Assembly (NCBI GenBank): GCA_965655095.1
Contig: OZ296655.1
Span: 14,446,001-14,510,000 of the forward strand
Reading direction: 5' to 3'
Length of the DNA stretch: 64,000 nt
Origin: Haplodiscus bocki
Lineage: Eukaryota
Below, one piece after another: positions 12,054 to 24,207 of this stretch (position 1 is the stretch's first letter; every line of letters begins with the position of its first letter). A program made the translations under genes and the position numbers. The notes under the pieces were generated by a model. It saw only the letters and a list, made by a program, of their open reading frames with translations, did no database searches and had not been told where the DNA came from.

Positions 12054-13675
12054 TGTGAGAGGTCTTTTTTGGGGTTAGTTATTGTGACGATTGGCTCAAA
12101 AAGACTCTCACTTCAGGATGAGGATCATTTTGGGAGCTGTCCCCATTCGTTCCTTGAATTTTTCTGCTTGATTTTCAGTACGTATCCGGATCGCGTCGGG
12201 ACTTACCTCAGACTTGTGGGTTCAAAAGAAATTCATCTGGTTGTGATAAAACGCCCGAAGTGTAGCTTTTTGTACTACTGAGCTCCGGAGACAGTTTCTT
12301 AGTCACTCTATCCTCAATGTCCTCTAACACCTGAACAATACAATGTTCCTGAATTCCACTAGCGTATGAGATTCCAGATTGGTTACTCCTAGGATGATCT
12401 TCCATATTATCTTTAATGATGGCTGCTACCTCTTTTTTAATCGTGACAGTCGCCATATTTGAAGAAAGGAAAAAATATTCACCAGTGTTTTATATTGAAG
12501 TAACGTTTATTTTTTTGGAAAAAATGGAAAAACTCAAGAGTCAAGTTTTCAAGAAGTACGTAAACTGTCTAGAGCATCAGAAAAAAAATATTTGTGCACC
12601 TCTGAATTTTCATTTCTCCTATATATACCATTTCATTGGCGGGAAATAAAAATGTTTACAGTGCAACTCAAGAAATATATAGCGAGAAAAACTTACATCA
12701 AGAAAAATCAAAGTGGGAAAGCCAACTTTGGCGGGAATCAAACCGCTTTTCCAACCAACTCTTTACTCAAAGGAAGCGCTCTTCCAGTCCAGCGACAGAA
12801 AAAGAACAGACGTATTCCGTCAGAGACGGACATCAAAACGTTCATTCCCCCAACGACATTTTTTCTCCACGCAAAAAAAAATGTATAAATTGATATTGGA
12901 AAATAACAAAAATTTCCTAACCTGGAGAAAAAAGAAAAAACACAAAATGCATGGCTTTAATATGAAGAACTGTATAGAATGATAATAAAAGTTAGAACTG
13001 AATATGGCATATCACTCACACAATTTCATTGTCATAAATGAGGAGAAAGTAGTAGCACTACTAGTTCAATTCTCGATCAAGCGAATGACTACTAGTAGTC
13101 TTCGGAGAAATTCATTAGTTAGCAGTAGCGCCGGTCAAAACCTTTCAGCAGTGCTCCAGTTGGGAGTGAATACGGAATCACTTTGTATTTAGTACAGCAT
13201 CCCGTCATATCTGAGTAGTTGTGTTGGTTGTGACATCACGAGACTAGTTGCGACGAAACACGTACAGAACAAAACTTAACTTCACTCGTGGAATCCTTCA
13301 CGCTGTATTAAGTCACGCAGCTCATTTAGCTAATGTAAAATATTGGGCTCTTTTAACTAGCATTTATTCCAATCAATCAAAATCACCAGTCATAAAGGTG
13401 GATTCATATTAAGTAAAAAATATTTATTTCAAAACAGCACCTTTAGAATGGAATGCTCTTTCAGTGTTCTTTTGCTCCGTAACGGTTGTGTCGCAGTGTG
13501 AATTAGTTTATTGGGGTAATCCATATACAGCACGGATCAGTGTACATGTATGGTTAATATAAACGCACATGAAACTTTGTTAGGATAAATGTGAAAATCT
13601 GAGTTTCCTTAGAGTCTTGGGATGTCTTTTCTGCCTGTAACTTTTAACCACAGGCTCCGCAAGTGTGCTGCGATA
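12054..13675 (-). mobile_element. Old LTR of the same Gypsy family
   Basis: The minus strand starts TATCGCAGCAC (TG mutated) and ends CCTCTCACA, collinear with 2420-4240. Flanks CTTCC/CTGCA match only 3/5, and no PPT precedes it. Confidence 0.85.
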
Positions 13676-15649
13676 CTGCAATTTTGTGGTAAAGACGTTC
13701 ACAGGCTTAGTTTTTGCTTCTGTCTTTTTGGTGGTGGCAGGGGAGAGGATGGGCTCGAAGCAAAAAATAGTGGTCCGGGTTAGTCTGAACAAAACTTCCC
13801 CACGTCTGAAAATGTCTCCCAAGCATTCATTGAACTGACCACCTTTGATGGCGTTGATATCTTGGAAACATCAAACGGGATGTTCTTCCTGTAGCGTGAT
13901 GTCATCAATTTCGGGAGTGTTGGATCTCGGCTCCGTTACGGGTGCCGGTGTCATTAGAGTCATCACGTTGAAAGGTTTCACAAGCAGATTCCGGCGGGAA
14001 GTGCTTTGAATTTTCTGCGCTAAATAGCAGAGATGATAGAGTTGAGTATTTGACAGTATAATTGAAGTTGATGCGTTTGAAACAAATCAAGATTGAAATT
14101 AGGAATGGGAAAATTTTGAGTTTCTTTCATTAACATGTCCTTGCAATATCATGTTGAGGTCATTGCTGTTACACAAATCAGTCACAATTAAGAAAGATGA
14201 AGTTATTTCATGAAATATATAAGTCCACAAAGCAATAGTTAGATGATCTTACAGCCACGTGCTTTAATTTGTACGGAAAAAATCACCTCGGTCAATACGG
14301 AGGAGAGGGTTGTTATTGTGGAGCATGTCGGTTTATCTCAGCGTGAGACTGTCATTCATGTTGCTGCAGCTGGCAAGCGAGAGATTTCCCCTAATTCCCA
14401 TGATGTCCCTTTTGATAAGTTGGCGAGGGGTGAGGAAGAGTCAAGAGCGGCAAGTCCGGAGCAAGTACGGATTAAAACTGTCTGCGTTGCAGGAAATTCG
14501 GTTGTGCGGTCTTCATTCCTTTGTGGAGAGGCGAGCTAGGATGGGGATAGTCTTAACATGCCAATAGAGAATGCAGCTATTGATGTTGCTGGGGTGGACG
14601 AATATGTTGCTGTGGTTGGGAGCAGTACCTCAGTTCCTTGTGGTGTGGAGTCCGAGGGGTTCACCTTCGGAAAATTTGTTAGCCATGCCTTCGTGCGAGA
14701 CTCAGGCGGGGATGTCGATATTTCTGGCCTTCCCCAGTGTGTGTTTTTATTTTATCTTATCTTCATTTTACTTTATCTTCTCTTGTAAAGGCTCACATGT
14801 TGGCTATTTGTAATTTTTGTAAGCCAGTTCCATATTTGCGCAATTTATCGCGAAAATGGCATCTTGAGGTTTTTGTTTTGAGCGTTTGATTATTCTGGCC
14901 AGCCTGCTGATTGTCCGTACTGTTAGCGGGGATTCTTCACTGAACCTCTTGACTCACAAATTGAAGTCGGTGGAGAGTTCTCTGGAGATGAGGTGCGAAG
15001 GAACGCTTCCAGAAAAGGCGGCCACATGGTTTTTCTTGAGAGTTGGTTTTCATCCATTATAGTTTAATTTACCCGACCATTTGCTTTCATGTCCTTGCAA
15101 CGTCTTTGTGAAAGGGTACTGATGATGATGTGTTGATTAAAACCCGCCACTAGGAAGGTTTTGACTGTCGTTGAAACCAAAAGCCAGGTCCGGAGGAAGA
15201 AGGCGATTGTGAGGAGCCGCTTGGTTCCTCTCTCCCATGACGGTCATCACCAAGATCTCCCCTGTTTTAGTGCTGGTGGGAGCCTCGCTTCACTGGAACA
15301 GGCTTCTGATGAGGGTAAAGCTTTGGCTGATTCGTAGAAATCTCCAGTGTCATTCCTCATTTGTTCCTCATTGCACTTTGTTTTCTTGTTATAGACCTGT
15401 TTTTTGCAGATTCTGCTTCTGCGAGCATAAATTTTACCGGTTACCAGTTCATTTTTACTTGCGGGTCACTTTGTGACGAGGAGGAGTCACAGTTACTGTA
15501 TCCTCTAAGGAGCAGTGAGTATCATCCCATAATCGCTTACGAGCATCTTGGTTTGACATGTACAAAGTTTTTGTTATGTCCAGGAAGTTGAAAGAAAATC
15601 AGGAATAAATTTGTCAGGGAGTCGCTAAATAAGCCCAACGTTCGACACA

Positions 15650-18600
15650 ATAACAGACACGAGTGGAGATGAATCAGGCGAGACTCTTGGGCATCAAAAT
15701 ATTTTTAGCGAGAAAACCTACAAAATGAAGAAGTCATACGCCGCTGAAGAACTCAAACTTTTCTTCGTTACTGCGCCCACCGATGCTGCTGGGATCCCGC
15801 TTCTGCTGCAATAATTGCCCTAAGGATCTGTCTGTGCTGATGCATGGGCCATACGAAATTCTTCGGCATTTTCAGGGTGCCCGTCATTTCTCACGGGACC
15901 ATCGCCTGTGGTTGGAAACCCTTGGTTGGCGAGTTTTCGATTTTGATGAGAACCCTCTTCCTGATGAAAAAGTAGAATAACAAAGGAGAAATTTTTGCTG
16001 CATCCCCCTGTCGAGCGTGATTCTCAACGTGTGTTCACTGAAGATTTGTCGGTTGATGAGAGTGATGCGGCCGATCTGAATATGCTAGTACTCGCGAGGG
16101 TGTCCTCCCTCTTGGAAGTCCTTCCGCTCAGTGCCAGTTATGAGCTTGTGGAGATCCATTAGAGCCAGTTCATGCTAACTGCCATCCGAGTTGACAATGA
16201 GGCTTTCTGGTCGAGAGGAGAAATGTTGGTTAGTGCCAGGAAAAATACGTAGTGTTTCCAATTTTTCCCGTTTTCATTTGATCGTGTTCCAGTTATTCAT
16301 CCCAAATGGGATGTTTCCCTCATCTTCCGTCTTGCTGTAGACTGGGTGAACGTTCATCTGTACTACAACATGCAATTTGAACAGCGAGGTCCTCAGTTGT
16401 GGGTGTTTCTGCACACCTCCGTGGTAATGGACAAATTCACCAGTGATGCAACCAGTGAGCTTGGAAACCTAGGTCAGGTCCCAAACGACGTAGATACAGC
16501 AGTGTCCATTATTTTAGTTTTCAGAGGCTCCATTTTTCTAGGTGAAATCTATGCGGCCCTTGTTGGCAGTGGAAATCAGCAGAAACTGATAGGTTTCCCC
16601 ATTTTTAATTTGCGTCTTTTAAAACGCTGTCTTCAGAAGTCTTCATCGTCTGTGTCTGGGTCCCTGGATGCCTTCTCCGTGACCATGTTTTTGGTTATTC
16701 GTCTAAAGGGAGCATAGAACAGGGATTTGATGATGTCCCGATCTGACTCTGGAAAAGCTGTCATCATCGGATATCTGTTAATGCCAGAATTGCTCGAGGT
16801 AGTGGCCAACATTGTGGCCATTGGTCGTGTCCTATTTGAAAGAGACTGCCAAAAAAGACAAAAGAGATAATCTTGGTGTCTAGTATAGATCTTTGTTTGG
16901 ATTGGTTTCCGCTTCTTTTTGTAAATGATGGCCACCTGTTTGTTGATCAGATGACTCCCATGAAGTTTCGACTCTTCCATCTGATCTCGGAGATTGATTA
17001 GTTGAATTCACATTCAGCGTATCAGTTCATGTGTCTGGTTCCGAAAAATTAGGGTGTTACTAGGATGATTCCAATAGTCATTCTAGTTTCTTCTTCATTT
17101 TGGTGCTAATGAGGTTTGGGGGTTTCCGGTAGTACTCCGTATTCCTTTCCTGTTTATCTTGCTTACCTTTTGGTCCATAGGAACTAGAATATTTATGGTA
17201 GCGTTCCAAGTCTGTTCCTCATTTTGTCTTTGTGGCCCCGGAGCAAAATATGAATTTTCTGGGAGTAATCTTTTTTTACTCGTCATTTGTTCCGAAATTA
17301 TCAGGGGTAACCTAGGAAATTTTCCGGATCGCTCCTACTTTCTTTCTTTCTGGTTTGGTTTACTAGTCTTACCTATCACACCTGGTTTTTTCTTGATTCA
17401 GTTGGAAATTTTTGGGCGCAAACTAGCAACGTTTTGTATCACTCCTGGTTTATTCCTCAGTTGGTTCTTTGTGTTTCAGTCAGCAACACTTTTGTGGAGT
17501 TCGATACTGGGAAGCCTGATTACAGCTATCGCTCTTCGGAGAGCTGTCCCGATCCGTGTACTGTCTGCTCCGAAAGATCAAGTCAGTTCGCTCGCTGCAC
17601 CTAATTGAGAATTATGAGGCCCAACTGCTACCCAATAAGTCGTCATTCCCCCGATTGAAGAAGAGCACTTTCTTGAGAGCACACGCATTCTGACAGCTTT
17701 GGAGAAAGTATCCAGCTATTACCTGAAGTCAAGACTCAAGAGAGGTTGCCGTCAATTTTTGGAAGACCTTGTCTGCAATTTGCTCTTGACTGTTGCCGGG
17801 TGATCACTCATTTGTCAGAGCCTGAGTTTTTTCTTCCCTGAATTCATCATCGGCGGAGATGACTACTCCGCGTTCCACTTGTTTGGGCAACTCCTTGATG
17901 GACTTCTAGAGAAGGGCTGGGTCAATGGGTCTGTGGTGGAACCGTCCAGGGTGGAGTTCTTATCCTTCGTGAGAGAGCAGGGGCAGCTGGGACAGCATTC
18001 CACGAGGAAGCATCTTGATGTGCCTCACACCCTGTCCTTCTCTGTCTCTCACACTGGATTTCATGTTCGCCGCCAGAACCCGTACCACTTGAGTATCTTT
18101 CTAAAAATTGTTTCTATGTGTGGTTTTTCGGGTGTTCAATAACACTAAGTTTTAGATCTTTTATTTGAATGCTCTAATCGCGCAAGGGCTCAGCAGTCCG
18201 TTCTGCCCTTTTGGAGTAAACGTTGATCGTGTTGCCACTCCGGCTGAAGATGTGAAGTTTAAAATGGTTTCCATGCAGTACTTCGTGAGAAAGCCACTCT
18301 TCACGCAGCGGAATTTCTTTTCTGCGTCAGGGATCAACAGGCTAATTACTACAAGTGCTTGCGCTGGTGATGTCTGTGCTCGCGCGTCTTTTGATCCTTG
18401 GGAGACTGTTCGTCTCCGTTCACATGCTGCTGCTGTTGCCGATCTGATGAGCTCTCGAGAAGATTTGCTTCATCGACGCAAAGTTTCAAAGATGGCCCCG
18501 AGCGAAGGTTTGGGCTGGCCAGTAGGAATTATTTTGTTGTGGATAAACCCGGATGCCGAACAGGAGTGAGAATCTCCAACATTGTTGAAGTTTGGGAGCT

Positions 18601-18898
18601 GGAATTTCTACCCATTGAGCCACGTGATCCGTGCTTTCAGAAACTAGTTGCAACCTCAGTTGTCTTACGAAGCGTGCGTAAGATTAGAGGAAGGGTCAAT
18701 GTTCCCCCTCTTACGAAGAAGAAAATTTCCTCTGCCGATTGTTCACCTGTTAGTTCTTGTAAGCGCGTTGGTTTGGAGGAAGAGCCCAACTTTGTGGATG
18801 TTCCGGATAAAAGTTTCGAAGGACCTGGGACCCCCAAAAGCAGTCGTGGTCACTCTGTTGCTCAGTTTTTCAAATGTCACTTGGCTAACTCAGAATAA
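15650..18898 (+). pseudogene. Decayed accessory gene, antisense to gag-pol, with a C2H2/BED-like zinc finger and probable short introns
   Basis: CNNC-x16-H-x5-H (CNNCPKDLSVLMHGPYEILRHFQGARH) in ORF 15783-15980. Consecutive same-strand protein-like fragments at 16346-16717, 17879-18142, 18165-18569 and 18398-18898. Candidate intron GTTAGT...TTCCAG at 16229-16292 and an acceptor TTTTAG ending at 18155. The 5' end is uncertain. Confidence 0.6.
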
Positions 18899-19156
18899 TT
18901 TTGATTGGTATTTTTTTATCTGCAGTTTGTAGTATTTAGTTAGAATTAAGAATTAGATATCTTTGAAATAGTCACTGAGGTCGACTATAAAATCGCTTCC
19001 GTACCGGGAAAATCCTAAAAAGACTAGGCATGAGCGGTAGGTGTTTTGTATTGTTTCTGGAATCAGATTTGGGATTTTCTCAGAGCAACCTCCAGGAGAT
19101 GCTCCGTAGAGCAAATTAGGTTTTTCTGGGGAAGTTTACTTGAGATTCAAAAATAT

Positions 19157-22100
19157 CACTTTCTCTAACCATCATTGCTGTTCAGCTTAGAGTTATGACG
19201 CAGATCGTACTTTGTGCTCTGGGGTTTGGTTGAAGTAGGGTTATGACGCTCTGAAATCGCATTCCCTGTAGGTAGTATCGTGATCTGTATCCATTCAGTC
19301 ATGTATAACGTCAGCTTGGGGAAATTTCCTTATGGGCAACTGTACCTTGATTGGTACTTCTTTCGTCGTTCGCTAAGTCAGATTGTACAGCAATTTTGGC
19401 TGAATTAGGTATGCCGGGTTCCTCTTGATCGTAGTCAAAAACAGTTTTTTCATTTTCACACCCCCACGCTCTGGTGTACAAATCATCATGTTTGACGATC
19501 TCCTGAAGGTTGGACTTTCCTTGTTCAGACGTAGTTTTTACGCCGAGTATCAATTGTGTAGACGCCATTGGGCGTAGTCTCATGCGATGAAGTACTTGCG
19601 TTTTCTCCGTTCCGACTTCAGGTACCAAACAATTATTATTTGGCAAAGCCTTTTCAACGATTTAGAGACCAGTTTGGCGAGAATCTGTGGAAAAATTTTA
19701 CTTCCTTGATGATCTGCTTTGGGCTGGAAGAGGTACAAGTAGTCTCGTCCTCTCAGTTTTGAGGCAATTGCTTTTCTCGTCATAGTACCTTTTTTACTTG
19801 TTGCAGGCTTGCGTGGCTTTCTTGCGAACGTTTTGGAAAATTATTTCTGTCTGCTCAAAAACGTTTCGGGTGATTTGTCAATTCAGTGCGGGTGTCTGTT
19901 ATGGACAAAAACCCACTTTAAAATCTAGAAAATTGTTCGGAAACCGTCCATAGAACACTCTACTAGGCTGAAAACCAATGCTTGCATGGTAAAACGTGTT
20001 ATAGTTCAGGTCTGCAATATTTACATACTTGTTTCACATTGATTTGCTTTATCTGCTTCAAACTTTAGTGCCCTCTCGAGTGAAGCGTGTGTTCGTTCAT
20101 GCATCCCAATTGTCTGCGCGTGTTTTGTTGAGTCATTCTCTAGGGTAAATCCACGAACCCCAACTACTTCTGTTACCAGTTGAGACACAGAAGCTGAAAC
20201 CTGGTCGGAAACGAGTGTCGTTGGTAGCTAGGTGTTCTTATTCACAATGTTAGTTTTGACTCCGGCGATTGTGATTGTTTTGGCATCTTGACTTGTTGTT
20301 GGGTAGGCAAATAGGTATCTAGAAAACCCATATATAGCTTTAACAATATTTTCATGGCTACTTGACGGAAGTAAATGTGGAACCAGGTCAATCTCCATGG
20401 AACCTTCTAATCCTGTGATGTCTTCCCTAGGGTTTAGCAGGGCTGAACGGGCGAATGTGTTGTTAATTGGTGATTCCTTGACACATTTCTCATGAGACAT
20501 GAACCACTTTCTGAACAGTGGTGCCATGTTTGGATAAAGCTTTTTCTATCTGTACGCAATCATTTGTCTGTACTTCAAGGCTCCGGAGTACTTCATCAAC
20601 AAGTTGCTTTGGTATAAGAATTTAGTACTTTTTGACGCTGCTAGTTTCTCCTTATTATTTCAAGAACGGTAGGCTCTCTTTGAGTATATAGTACGATCCG
20701 TGTTCGCTTGGTAGTGCTCAACTCGACTGTATGTTGTTAGTAGCACTTAATTATGTGGTTAGCCAAGTCTTTTCAGTTTTGAATTCTTCAATACTAGATC
20801 GACGTCTTGCTCCACTCGTATGTGTGCATTAGCTTTGATTCCGTTGATGGAGTATGACGTACTGTTTCCGTCGATCTTGGTGATTTCTTTGCTACTTGGG
20901 TTAATTGCGGATGGTTCTTTGTTTGCTACCCTTTCTGTTGCACTTCCCTGAGATTGTTCTTTCCCTTCAAGGGTCTTTTCCTCGATCCCGTTTTCATTGT
21001 CAGCCTGGTTGAAGAACAATTGTTTTTCTTCTCTGACATCAGAAGATGTTGTTGTGACCTCAATGGGTGTTGTCTGTACATCTTCCCGGATTTTGAGACA
21101 GATCTTCTACGTAGCTTTGAGTTCCAGTCAAGCAAGAAGTTCAGCTGCTGTGTTGACTGAACCAACGTTGTCTGCTATGTTGAAGTTGAATTGCAACAAA
21201 TATTTGTATGCATTACCCAGTGATGGTAGAACAGCTTTTGTCCGATTGAAATGTGTAACTGATATGTTATCTGTTAAAACGATTGTTGGCTTTGCTATTT
21301 CCCAGAAAACATGTGCAAATTTGAGAAATGCCATGTAAATTGCCAAGATTTCTTTCGAAGTTATTGACATTTTGAGTTGCACATAGGAGAAAATTTTTGA
21401 TCCGAACACCACAGTTGCACAGGTTTTCCTCTTTGATTGGATTATGTGCCCTGTGTTGTCTTTTACCATGAGAACGTAGCCACCACTCTTGAAGCTTGCA
21501 TCCGTCATGAAGAGGAAATGCTGTCCTCGTTGAGGCTGCCTGAGTTCAAGTTCGCAAGTAACGTTGAGTGCTTTCCTGACTGAGTCAAAGGTTTCCGTGG
21601 ATTCTGTTTATTGATTGGATTTTCTGGTTTTAGTAACTTGTAGAATGGGTTGAACTTTAGGGCCATGCCGTGAAAGAACTTTCTGTAGTATGTAACGAGA
21701 CCAAGGTAGCGCTGCAAAAGCTTTTGATTTGGCAAATCTCAAATTGTTGATTTAGTTTTAGGTTATTTCACAATCACTACGGAGAACTCGGCAATCTGTG
21801 TGTTCTTCCTGGTCGTGTGAGGTGATTCAGTTGTGTTGGTTTTTCTGACTGTTACTTTGTCATCAATTGTTGTTGCCCTTGAGTGAGAAATCATCGAAGT
21901 TGCTGTTTCGGTGAATATCTCCGAGGAGGTCACAATACCCTTTGTTTTCCATTCTCACGCTTGATCCACAAAAGCATTGGTTTTTTTGTTGTCATCGCGG
22001 GAAGTGTCAGGTTGTCATCGCTGAAGACAGGTTCTGGTCTTGCTTTTTTCTCGCAATTAGCGCTTCTGACTTGTCTCGTCAAACAAGGACAGCGAATGCC

Positions 22101-22460
22101 GCCTCGTCTGGTGAATGAGTACACTGTTGTGTCTCATGAAGTGCATCCCATTGATTGGCCCTGTTAGTTTCTTCATTACGACGAAATAACCTGAGCACGT
22201 AATATCGCCAGAATCAATTTTGAGTGTGATTCTTGCTATGGGTTTTTCTAACCGACCATTTGTTTCTTGTATTTGATAATATGGTGGGTCGTCAAATATA
22301 AATTTGTTGGTTGGGGCGTGTTGTTTGTTTCTGTCTAGTTCATTTTCAGCGACGGCACTGACATAAGCATTAGAGTCAAATAAGGCGTCTCTTCTGAGGT
22401 CATTTTCAAAATCCAGAGTGACAAACAGCATCTCTTTTTTCCGTTTAAGGACTAAAGTTG
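19157..22460 (-). pseudogene. pol: Degenerate Ty3/Gypsy pol (protease, RT thumb, RNase H, integrase), RT catalytic core deleted
   Basis: Protease DALFDSNAYVSA (22057-22431), LQRYLGLVTYYRKF (21505-21735), RNase H MTDASFKSGGYVL...KPTIVLTDN (21128-21508), integrase EIDLVPHLLPSS...FSRYLFAYPT (20228-20527) and TQVLHRMRLR (19311-19646). The PR-RT-RH-IN order indicates Ty3/Gypsy. Confidence 0.9.
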
Positions 22461-23039
22461 AGGACAGTGGAATGTGAAGTTCACTCGCGTTTTCATCTCT
22501 TACAAGCTTTTCTACAACCTGTGGCGCTGTTTCTGTGATATTAGGAATTTTGTCAACTCCTGCACTGTCGACTGTTGAGTCGTTATTCGTTTCATGGATT
22601 TCGGATAGGCTGTTCCAGGAGTTGTTGAGAAGCGGTACTGGTTTACTCCTGCTGTTATTTTATTGAACCGATTCCGTAGTAGATACGGATTTTTGAGGTG
22701 AGGTTCCGTGTAAAATCGACGCTTCTGATTCTACATCATTTTCATGTGGTATCTCAGGCATGTGGTTCTTTTTGGGTAGTTTTGATAGTCTGGGTTGTTG
22801 GAGTATTAACTGACTTGGACCTTTCCACGGATGTTTGCTGTCAAGCAACCTCTGGCAATAGTGGAACTAATGTTGTGGTGCTCTCCGGTCTGTCAGTTGC
22901 AGCTCTAAAATGAACGCGTGGCATTTGAATTTTAAATGTTGCGCTTCAGCCTGGACATTTTTTCTGTCGTAATTTGAGGGTCAGTTCGTTGGGCCTGGCT
23001 CCATGCTGCCGGTCTACTTTTCCGTGGAGGTGGTCTGTT

Positions 23040-24040
23040 TGCTGCATTAACTCCAAAATAACCTTTCTGTGCATTGGTTCATTTTGCCACATTTTTCACG
23101 CAGGGAGTATAAACACTTCTAGGTTTTCTGTCAGTTTTGTTGTTGTAATTGCACTTGTTGTTACTGGTGTTGGAGTTACAGTTTGTGGGTGCACCGTCAT
23201 TTTTTCCGGAACTGTTTTTTATGTCCGCATCTTGTTCTTCTTGTTTGCTCAGCTGACGCCATTGGTTTTTGTAATTTCCTGGTTCATTACATTGGTGGCA
23301 TGTTGGTTCTGACTCTTTGAAGGTTTTAGTGTCTAATTGGCTCGCCCTGTTTACTTTTAGCTCATCAGAAGCTTCCAGACTGCTCAACACTAACTCTCGT
23401 TCCAAGTGTAAGACAATTTGTTCATATGAGCCATTCTCCAAATGGGCCCGGTTTATCAATTTCTTCGGCTGCCGTGGCATTTTGGGAAAAATGAATTGTT
23501 GGATGATGGCATGAGCAGCAATTTCGAATGCATATTTTGTTAATCTTTGGAGTTCGTCAAGAGAAGTTGCCAAGTTTTGGTATGATGAGTTGAAAACAGT
23601 TTTCTGGAGAATATCTTTTGTTTTGGCCACTGGATGAGGCTTAACATATTTCCCAAATAATACTGAGAAGTTTTCTTCCAAGTTCTCCCGGATTGGGCTG
23701 TTTTTGTTTTTGAATGTTTGCAACTCATCACCCCTCATTAGAGATTGGAAATGTTTTATTTTTTCAATTTCAGTCAACTGGTTTTAACCTTGAGGTTTGT
23801 GTGAAGGAGAGCTTCGAAGAGTTCGAACTTCTCAGATTTCCCGTCAAAAGTGGGCATTGTTGTGGTAGTTGACATTAGAAACTTGGACTTCCGATTTTTC
23901 TTGTTGTTGAATTAACAGAAAGGCTATTGATCGCCAACTGTTGAAGGGCCAACAAAAACTAGTCTCCTTCAAACGTTGCACGGTTGTTGTCACTTTGGAA
24001 AAGTGGCTGACTTGTGCAGTTTTTGTTTTCCCGAAGCAAT
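23040..24040 (-). pseudogene. gag: Degenerate Gypsy gag (capsid plus degenerate CCHC knuckle)
   Basis: TTMPTFDGKSEKFELFE near 23810-23870. ORF 23079-23777 has KIKHFQSLMRGDELQTF and the knuckle remnant CHQCNEPGNYKNQW. It lies directly upstream of the protease on the same strand. Confidence 0.85.
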
Positions 24041-24207
24041 CACATGGTGATGAAATGTTTTTGAAACCTAACTGAACAACCAGTAATTTTTCTCTTGCTG
24101 CCTTTTTGGAATAGTTCGCATCATTCTGTTGCGCGCAAAAATTTTATGGGGCCAAAGTTTAAAGTGAATTTTCATGGTTGCGGTCCCTAAAACTCAAATG
24201 GTGTTGC

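Noticed and set aside
13830-13850. CTGACCACC, the reverse complement of part of the att-like site
   Set aside because: Only one arm matches and it lies outside the array; this is expected by chance.
17040-17608. Hydrophobic 149-aa ORF (17159-17608) as an env or membrane protein
   Set aside because: The hydrophobicity reflects T-rich sequence that appears to be an unrelated insertion in the antisense gene; it has no real ATG start and no env motifs.
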